DNA of 63,925 nucleotides, counting the filler, from Aduncisulcus paluster (taxonomy: Eukaryota): assembly GCA_024181965.1 (NCBI GenBank). It is 4 parts of 4 records of this genome, joined end to end, with 100 filler letters (N's around TTAATTAATTAA, not from the genome) between each part and the next. Parts side by side here need not be neighbours in the genome. Positions count along the whole stretch, not along the records: positions 29,826 to 58,852 come from BQXS01010849.1; positions 58,953 to 63,925 come from BQXS01010976.1; 2 more parts are not named here. One strand, 5' to 3'. Shown here piece after piece: positions 56,432 through 63,925 of the stretch. Below the pieces are notes generated by a model. It was not told where the DNA came from. It searched no databases and worked only from the letters and a program-made list of their open reading frames with translations. The translations under genes were made by a program, and so were the position numbers. Position 1 is the first letter of the stretch; every line of letters starts with the position of its first letter.

Positions 56432-57178
56432 TCACTTCGAATCAGAAGTGACAACAGAAGAATGCTTATGGAAAAGTTTCTTAACTCTTTCGGCTTGTAA
56501 GATTTGTCTTCTTTTAGCGGCTTTTTCTTGTTTTTCCTCCAAAATACTAGCTTTAGATAATAATTTAGATTGGAAACGAACTTTGGCTTGTTCGACTTTG
56601 ATGAATTCACGTTGGGCAGCTTCGACACGACTTTTCAAGAATTTCTCTCTCCTTATAGCAGCTTGTTGGAGAGCTGTAGTATCTTGAGAGCATCCCTTTT
56701 GTTGGGGAATGTGTCTTGCATGCAAACGGAGAGCTCTGGTTTGGACGGACATCAGATATTGCTTTCTTCTCTTGGCAGCACCAATACTTCTATCGCCATA
56801 GCAGGCCTGTTTGTTGATAATGGCTTGTTTGCGGCGATCAGCAGCCATCATAACCCTCTCTTCGCCAAGACGTCGAGCAGTGAGAGAGACGTGTTCAAGA
56901 TGCAATCTGTGCCTTTCAAAAGCAATGTCAACGTTTTCAATGACATTTACAACCTTGTTGTAATGGCGAATGGCAACACGAGCACGAGAAATGGCGCCGC
57001 GAAGGGAAGATTGGGAGGCTTGTTGACGAGTTAAGTACAGTTGTTCAGCTCTTCTTTCATCAGCAAGACGAATCTTTTCCATAACATTTACCTTCTTTGA
57101 ATGGGGAGGAGTTAAAATGGGACGGGGGCTGAAAGACTTAACGTCATTCTCGATATACATCACACAGTAGTTTGTCAT
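56432..57178 (-). CDS. Basic coiled-coil protein with repeated AxxRR motifs
   Basis: ADERR, AADRR, AAKRR, AAIRR, AAKRR; start uncertain (57178 or 57277); 3' end duplicated by overlap 56190-56364 = 56385-56559. Confidence 0.72.
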   Translation of the reverse strand: MTNYCVMYIENDVKSFSPRPILTPPHSKKVNVMEKIRLADERRAEQLYLTRQQASQSSLRGAISRARVAIRHYNKVVNVIENVDIAFERHRLHLEHVSLTARRLGEERVMMAADRRKQAIINKQACYGDRSIGAAKRRKQYLMSVQTRALRLHARHIPQQKGCSQDTTALQQAAIRREKFLKSRVEAAQREFIKVEQAKVRFQSKLLSKASILEEKQEKAAKRRQILQAERVKKLFHKHSSVVTSDSK

Positions 57179-57512
57179 ATTGTTGTTTTGTTTTGGAATG
57201 TTGTACAAAAAAAGGAAAAGGTTACTTCTGAGCTGCAGAAGTGTGGTGATGATTGTGGGATCATGCCAATTTTTCATCTCATGCAAAAGGGCGTAAATCT
57301 ATTTGAAAATAGTTCGATATACATGTTTTACAGAGAAATTAATCTGAATTGAAGCATTTAGTATGATATATATTTTCAATTTTAACAAATACAGCAAAAT
57401 CAACATTTTGAAGCTAGCGATACTATATCGAGTTAACAACAACCCAAAATAATAGAATTGATTTTATTTACATGCATACATAGAATAAATGAAACTGCAA
57501 AACATCCTTGAA

Positions 57513-58852
57513 TTATTGCCCAGTCGACTGAAGTCTCTGCATTACAGATTGGCCATGGAATTGTGATAGATTTGACCTATATTGTTGTTGTTTGGAAATG
57601 GATGAATGTCTTGATGGAGAGGCTGTTACACTTCGGTGACCCTTGGATTCTTCATGAATACCCCCCGAAGGAATCCTTTCTCTCTCTCTTGGATCAACAA
57701 CTAATTCACCTTCTATTTTTGGAAGTTCCATATCTTTATCCAAAAATTTTGGTGGAGGAGCACTCAATGACGAGGGATTCATCACCAACTTCTGAAGTTC
57801 ATCAATTCTCCTTCGACTATTCTCCTTTTCCCTCTCGAGAGATCTCTGCGACCTTGACAGTTCCATGGAAACACTGTCTTTCTCCTTCTTGAGTGTCCCT
57901 AACTCAGACACAAGCGCTTTGACTTCATCATCTCTCTCAGTTCCAATCCGTTCGATCTCCTTTTCAAGCTTACTAATTATACTCATATGAGTCTCTTCGC
58001 GTTTCCTTTTATCATCGTCACGCGTTTGGTCAAACTCAGTTAACCGTTTCAAAGTTGTTCCTAGCCGGTTAATGTCGATTGCGGCCTGTTGAAGCCTATC
58101 TTTATCCTCCTTCTTTGATACAAGGCATTCTCTCTCCATAGTTTCTAGTTGCAGTGACAATTGCTTTGTTCTGAGGATATATTCTTTCTTAACTTGATTG
58201 AGGGCAAGCGTATGTTTCTTTTCGGCTTCACTGACAGCTTTCTCGACATCTGTTTTGTGCTCACTTATCTGTTGTCTAAGCATTTTCCTCTCGGAGGCAT
58301 GTTTGCTGTTATTCGTGAGGGAATTGTTTCTCACGGTGACCAGGTCTCTCTTAGTTTTGGCCAGATCTTTCTTCAATTCACCCATAATTACTGAGTTATC
58401 TTCTCTGTACTTCTCTGCACACTTACAACTAGCATTGAGACGTTCTCTGAGATCTGCCTCTTCCTTAGTCTGGATACAGGTGGCTGACTTGAGTGCTTTG
58501 TCAAGAGATGTGATACTTTTTGTGTGTGAGTCCAACACAGTCTCGAAGGCATGTTTCTGTGCCATCATTTCTTTCCTTGATGCTCCATTATCGTGACTCA
58601 TCGAAGCGGCAATCTTATCCAGCAAAGCACGTAACTGAGGCACAAGATCCTTGAGTTCAGTCTTGATGATACCCACAACTGTCACACCACTCTCAATATC
58701 TGGAAGAACTTGTTCCCTATACATCTGGAGTTGTGTGATGAAAGTGTCCAGAGATGTAGCAGATCTGCAGGCTCTTGTGGACATGTCTTCCTCCATCTCC
58801 TTGATCTCACTTGTCTTGAGAGTTGCCTCCTTGAAGGCCTCAACAGAACCAT
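57513..58852 (-). CDS. Coiled-coil protein, 5'-partial
   Basis: Long E/K/L-rich ORF running from the scaffold edge to TAA. Confidence 0.78.
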
Positions 58853-58952
58853 NNNNNNNNNNNNNNNNNNNNNNNNNNNNNNNNNNNNNNNNNNNNTTAA
58901 TTAATTAANNNNNNNNNNNNNNNNNNNNNNNNNNNNNNNNNNNNNNNNNNNN
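58853..58952. other. Artificial scaffold linker
   Basis: TTAATTAATTAA at 58897-58908 within N runs. Confidence 0.97.
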
Positions 58953-59435
58953 CATGGTAGGAGAATGTATGGAAGAATGAGCATGCCTGTCCATCCCATG
59001 CGTTCGATGTCTCCTTCTATCAAGTCTTTTCATCATCATCGTGGCAGACGTGGTCCTCATGTTCGCCATGGACACAGTCATGGCCCACGACCCTTTTCTC
59101 GTGGTGGTCCTCGTACCGCTGATCGTGTCGTGATGCGCCATGTTCGTGACGCTCTCGTATGTGCTCGTAACAATACTTCCCTGCCTCCAACATTCTTTGA
59201 CGATATGTCTTCTTCTCTGTGTAAGCTTCCCGATGGTTCTGCTCTGATGCACCGTTTGGCTCCCATGGCCGCTTCATTTATTGAAATTGCTGACAAACAA
59301 GCTGCCGAATGTCATACAACAGCAAGTTCTCCTCCTATTGTAGGCATTTCATCCACAGCAAACCTTGTGCTTCCTGGTTCAGAAGAGAAAGATCCTGGTT
59401 CAACCCACGATGGTTCCGCCTCCAAGGACTTATGA
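58953..59435 (+). CDS. His/Arg/Gly-rich hypothetical protein, probably 5'-partial
   Basis: Frame open from the gap to TGA; coding-like GC content. Confidence 0.55.
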   Translation, partial: HGRRMYGRMSMPVHPMRSMSPSIKSFHHHRGRRGPHVRHGHSHGPRPFSRGGPRTADRVVMRHVRDALVCARNNTSLPPTFFDDMSSSLCKLPDGSALMHRLAPMAASFIEIADKQAAECHTTASSPPIVGISSTANLVLPGSEEKDPGSTHDGSASKDL

Positions 59436-59542
59436 TTGTTTGCATCTTAAATTTCATATCTCCCTTCAACAAAGGTGTTTAATGCCGAATAAATCAAATC
59501 AAAGTTCAATATGCTACCTCACATTCTCTTCTCTGAAGACTC

Positions 59543-59579
59543 TTCAGAATTCAGAACTTCAGAATTCAGAACTTCAGAA
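59543..59579. repeat. Short tandem repeat of TTCAGAA units (15-nt higher-order period)
   Basis: ttcagaattcagaacttcagaattcagaacttcagaa between convergent gene ends. Confidence 0.8.
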
Positions 59580-59650
59580 ATATTAGAATCTTCCTCTTTT
59601 CTGTTTGATATCTTTCATTCCTATCCTCCATAGCTGAAATGTCTTCAAAA

Positions 59651-62600
59651 TCAGTCTCCAGAAGATTCTACAGAAATATCGGAGGCGTATTCTTCTTCAG
59701 ATTCATAATCATCATCTTCTTCAATATCTTCCATTCTTTTCCTCCATGCTTCTTGATCATATTCTTCAAACGAATAACATAATGATCCCTGTTCAAACAT
59801 CACTTCAACACCTCCACCTGTGCGTTCAATCAGATCATGCACAGATTGTCTCAAGGATCTCTCATCATCAAATGGCATCTTTACAAGCATGTGTTGGGGA
59901 GGAGAAGTGTATTGGATGAGAGAAGAGTGTGTGAGGATATCTTGAGAACTCGATCCATCACATTTAAGAACATGTTGGATTTGCATTTCTTTTCCACTGA
60001 TAATATCATGATAGCAAGAGATTTTATCTTGATATTGAGAAGGATCGGGAGTTTTATGCAGATTCATAACAGAACACACATGGGAAGAGTATGAATATCC
60101 ATCTTTCTCAGGACACAAAGATGTCTCAATTGATGGGAGAAATGAAACCATTGGAACAGAATGGAAAAGAGTTGAAGAGAGATATGAAGAAGATACGAAG
60201 GAGGAAATGTTGGAAAGGTATTGGTTATAGATTTGAGTTGAACAATACGATTCTCCTTTGCACCATAGCATCTTGGCATCATATTTGGGAGATAGTTGAG
60301 GGACAAGAGATGGAACAGTGGATAGCATGGAAATGAGATTGAACCAGTATTTGATTCCCCATTTATGTTGTTTCCTCTTCATAACCTCAAACCAACTATC
60401 AAGAAGATGCTTTACATTATCATAGATTACAAGAGCATGTGAAGGATCACAACACAAGTTAGAGAAGAACAGTAAAACAAATTCATTACCATACTCAATA
60501 ATCCTATCCCCAACAAACTCTCTCTTAACAAGATCAAGAACAGGGTGGGAAAGAGGCCAAACTTCAGAACAAAGGGATTTGTTGGGAGATTCATTATCAC
60601 TTGAGAGGGTGATCTGTGACAAAATAAACATCCATTGTCCATAACAATTACTATCATTGTACATTCTCAACCAATCTCTGATGTATGGTTTGATAAGGGT
60701 GAGAATAGAGGATCGAGTGGAAGTAGAGGGAGAAGAAGAGATGTTTCTGAGAGTTATCGATAAAAATCGAACAATATTATCAGACAACTTCTCCTTGCTT
60801 CCTCTCTCAAGAATTCGATGGAAAGTGGAAAGGATCTTGGGAAGGAAAGAATCCCATTTATCTTTAACTTTGAAAGAATAAGAAACACAAATGCTACAAT
60901 GCTTTTCATCAACAGCTTCTTCCAATATTTCCTCAATTCTTAAAAGATGATCGATGAAAGTATCAATGAGATTGTTGAGATCGGGTATTGGGAGATAGAT
61001 ACTCCTTCCAGCAATAGCATGTCTAACAAACCATCTTAAACACTCAACACAAAGAACAATCTCTCTCTTGTGCTCTTCTATCTCACTCTTTGATTGGGAT
61101 GCAAGGAAGACAGAAAGGATATCTCCTCGATGTTTATGGTAGAGAATTGAGGATGACTCTGAGTCAGGACATTTCTTAATAGCTTCAACTAATCCAGACC
61201 ATTTCTTCAGAGAAGGATAACAATTACCAAGATATCTTGCATAATATCCACTCCATTCTCCATTCTTCTTACACCACTCCATGTTGGCATCATATTTAGG
61301 AGATAGTTGAGGGACAAGAGATGGAACAGCGGAAAGCATGGAAATGAGTTTAGAGCAGAATATGATTCCCCATTTATGTTCTTTCCTCTTCATAACCTCA
61401 AACCACCCATCAAGAAGATGCTTAATATTGTCATAGATTACAAGAGCATGTGAAGGATCACAACATAAGTTGGAGAAGAATCGCAAAACATATTCATGAT
61501 CATCCTCAACAATCTTGTCCCCAACAAACTCTCTCTTAACAACATCAAGAACAGGGTGGAATAGAGGCCAAGCTTCAGAACAAAGAGAGGTGTTGGGAGA
61601 TTCATTATCACTTGAGAGGGTGATCTGTGACAAAATAAACATCCATTGTCCATAACACTCACAATCATTGTACATTCTCAACCAATCTTTGACAAGCGGT
61701 TTGATAAGGGTGAAAATAGAGGATCGAGTGGAAGTAGAGGGAGAAATAGAGATGTTTTTGAGAGTTATCAATGAATTTAGAACAATATTATCAGACAACT
61801 TCTCCTTGCTTCCTCTCTCAAGAATTCGATGGAAAGTGGAAAGGATCTTGGGAAGGAAAGAATCCCGTTTATCTTTAACTTTGAAAGAATAAGAAACACA
61901 AATGCTACAATACTCATCATAAACAGCTTCTTCCAATATTTCCTCCACTCTTGAAAGATGATCAATGAAAGTGTCAATGAGATTGTTGAGATCGGGTATT
62001 GGGAGATAGATAATCCTTCCAGCAATAGTATGTCCAACAAACCAATCTAAACACTCAACACAAAGAACAATCTCTCTCTTGTGCTCTTCTATCTCACTCT
62101 TTGATTGGGATGCAAGGAAGACAGAAAGGATATCTCCTCGATGTTTATGGTAGAGAATTGAGGATGACTCTGAGTCAGGACATTTCTTAATAGCTTCAAC
62201 TAATCCAGACCATTTCTTCAGAGAAGGATAACAATTACCAAAATATCTTGCATAATCTTCACTCCATCCTCCATTCTTCTTACACCACTCCATGTTGGCA
62301 TCATATTTGGGAGAGAGTTGAGAGATAAGAGATGTAACAGTGGAAATCATGGAAATGAGTCTGGACCAGTATTTGATTCCCCAGCAATTAGCAACCTCTC
62401 CTTCACTTTTCTTCCTCTTCACTATCTCAAACCAGCTATCAAGGAGACCTTCTTTAATGCAATCATGAACTTCAATGGCTTGGGAAGGAATACAACTCAA
62501 GTTACCAAAGAAACACAAACAACAAATTACAGCATCATCATAAAATGTAATACCTTTGGAAGCAGTGTCCTTGATAATAGCCAAGATAGGATAAAAGACA

Positions 62601-63379
62601 AACCAAAGTTGTGAAGAACGATCTTTATCAGAGTAGGTATTATCCTTATCATTTGTGATGTTCTTCAAGATATTCATCCACAAGAAAAAGAACTTCTTAT
62701 CAGGATACTTCTTCATCCATGGCAAGATATGTGGGAGAAGAATGGATAAAAGGGAGTTCTTGGTGGGATCGTCTTTGGCAAATGCAATATTCCTACATGT
62801 CTGGAGGATATCCTCAACAAAAGAATCCTCAAGTTTCTCAGATAGGCCGAAAATAAACATCTTGGAGAGAAGAGTGGAGATTTTAGGACAAACTATTGTA
62901 CAAAGGGGATCAACAATATCTGTCGAGATCCTGAGAATGCTGAACAATGTCTTTGTAATGGAATTCACTCTAGATTCAGCAGTTTTAGCTTCTTCTTCTT
63001 TTGCTTCCGTTTCTTTCACTTCTTCTCGTTCAACTCTCAGAATAGCTTCAACTCGGATCATTGAAGGCAAGAAAGAGTCAATCATATCCTGGATGGAATA
63101 ACTATCCAGAATAACCTCAAAATCATCCTCATCTGGAGTTCCATCGTCTTTTGTAACTTTATGATTCACGAACAAGGACAAACATTCGAAACAAAGGGCG
63201 AACAGATCTCGAGCGGATGTGACAGCAGATGAGGGTGAAGAAGTGAACTCATCAAAGATAGTCTTGAGACGAGAATAGGATCCTTCATAAAGGGATTTAA
63301 TGGCAGATCGAGAGTCTGTTCTTTTGATTGAAACAATGAGTGCTTCAATTTTTTTTGTCAACTCTTCAGTGCTCTTCAT
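59651..63379 (-). CDS. Lineage-specific alpha-solenoid (ARM/HEAT-like) protein with ~337-aa tandem repeats
   Basis: SPKYDA motif recurs at 1011-nt spacing (about 60280, 61290, 62300); two very similar units and one diverged N-terminal unit; first ATG MKSTEEL. Confidence 0.85.
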   Translation of the reverse strand: MKSTEELTKKIEALIVSIKRTDSRSAIKSLYEGSYSRLKTIFDEFTSSPSSAVTSARDLFALCFECLSLFVNHKVTKDDGTPDEDDFEVILDSYSIQDMIDSFLPSMIRVEAILRVEREEVKETEAKEEEAKTAESRVNSITKTLFSILRISTDIVDPLCTIVCPKISTLLSKMFIFGLSEKLEDSFVEDILQTCRNIAFAKDDPTKNSLLSILLPHILPWMKKYPDKKFFFLWMNILKNITNDKDNTYSDKDRSSQLWFVFYPILAIIKDTASKGITFYDDAVICCLCFFGNLSCIPSQAIEVHDCIKEGLLDSWFEIVKRKKSEGEVANCWGIKYWSRLISMISTVTSLISQLSPKYDANMEWCKKNGGWSEDYARYFGNCYPSLKKWSGLVEAIKKCPDSESSSILYHKHRGDILSVFLASQSKSEIEEHKREIVLCVECLDWFVGHTIAGRIIYLPIPDLNNLIDTFIDHLSRVEEILEEAVYDEYCSICVSYSFKVKDKRDSFLPKILSTFHRILERGSKEKLSDNIVLNSLITLKNISISPSTSTRSSIFTLIKPLVKDWLRMYNDCECYGQWMFILSQITLSSDNESPNTSLCSEAWPLFHPVLDVVKREFVGDKIVEDDHEYVLRFFSNLCCDPSHALVIYDNIKHLLDGWFEVMKRKEHKWGIIFCSKLISMLSAVPSLVPQLSPKYDANMEWCKKNGEWSGYYARYLGNCYPSLKKWSGLVEAIKKCPDSESSSILYHKHRGDILSVFLASQSKSEIEEHKREIVLCVECLRWFVRHAIAGRSIYLPIPDLNNLIDTFIDHLLRIEEILEEAVDEKHCSICVSYSFKVKDKWDSFLPKILSTFHRILERGSKEKLSDNIVRFLSITLRNISSSPSTSTRSSILTLIKPYIRDWLRMYNDSNCYGQWMFILSQITLSSDNESPNKSLCSEVWPLSHPVLDLVKREFVGDRIIEYGNEFVLLFFSNLCCDPSHALVIYDNVKHLLDSWFEVMKRKQHKWGIKYWFNLISMLSTVPSLVPQLSPKYDAKMLWCKGESYCSTQIYNQYLSNISSFVSSSYLSSTLFHSVPMVSFLPSIETSLCPEKDGYSYSSHVCSVMNLHKTPDPSQYQDKISCYHDIISGKEMQIQHVLKCDGSSSQDILTHSSLIQYTSPPQHMLVKMPFDDERSLRQSVHDLIERTGGGVEVMFEQGSLCYSFEEYDQEAWRKRMEDIEEDDDYESEEEYASDISVESSGD

Positions 63380-63925
63380 TGAGGAATGTAGAGGAATCAA
63401 TTCAATGTTATATCGTTATTATTATACGGAATATTTGGGGTAACTTAATGAATTGCAGAAATACCTAAGCGGACTACAATGCAATAAAGGAACGTGGATG
63501 AGATTGAAGGTTGAAACAGCAACGAAAGCAATAAGCAATGTAAAATACATCTCCGAACAAAATGGATGACAAATTATTTCCAGAAATGGAATGACATACT
63601 TGAAAATGCTAGCACCCAATCCAAATATTATTACAACTGCAAGCAAAATATGGCCTGGATTTTTGTTTGTTATGTTGTTGAGATCCTGTCACGAGATGTG
63701 CTTTCGACTTTCTTGAACTCATGCGGCATGGCAATATATAGAGCCATGAGATATAAAAAACCTGCATGTTGGTGGAATTGTCACAGGGTTTTCTCAACTC
63801 ATCGCAAAGTCGCCATTTGGAGCGCCCACTGCCATATCCCTTGTGATTGAATGGGATAAAAATACACTTTCTATCCGCTGCGAGATCATTTTATTCCTTG
63901 TACTGCACAGAGATTTGCAAGAAGG

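Noticed and set aside
57328..57345. ACAGAGA as the U6 box
   Set aside because: No AGC triad or internal stem-loop follows.
59543..59579. TTCAGAA repeat as telomere or CRISPR
   Set aside because: Only 37 nt, no spacers, internal between convergent genes.
1..63925. TAA/TAG reassigned to Gln as in hexamitid diplomonads
   Set aside because: Multi-kb ORFs lack internal TAR, and conserved genes end at TAA (MDH) and TAG (SMC5, ABCA).

Overview
Gene-dense, intron-poor eukaryotic DNA in the standard genetic code (TAA, TAG and TGA all end genes). It most resembles a free-living fornicate metamonad; the 337-aa repeat protein at the right end recalls Aduncisulcus-type families (recollection, not a search). 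The window is not one locus: three artificial N44-TTAATTAATTAA-N44 linkers join four scaffolds. Eight 20-N gaps, mostly flanked by duplicated sequence, split or inflate several ORFs. Recognisable genes: GH5 endoglycoceramidase, full-size ABCA transporter, large Cys-rich surface protein, cytosolic MDH, two tandem PIN-like carriers, PI4K III-alpha, SMC5, DMC1, exportin-7, a Prp19-like protein and a Ubc6/UBE2J E2. MDH, SMC5 and XPO7 each have one 5'-proximal phase-1 GTAYGT..YAG intron that the ORF track misses. Best leads: a U3-like box C'/D RNA and a second C/D RNA in long spacers, recurring odd-centred dyads (AGT-S-ACT, TGA-G-TCA) in spacers, a cap N7-methyltransferase-like protein with an eroded SAM motif, Prp19 without a U-box, a Ubc6 without a membrane anchor, and a helical repeat protein with clustered variable sites. 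No CRISPR array, rRNA, tRNA or mobile element could be supported. All homology calls are by eye.
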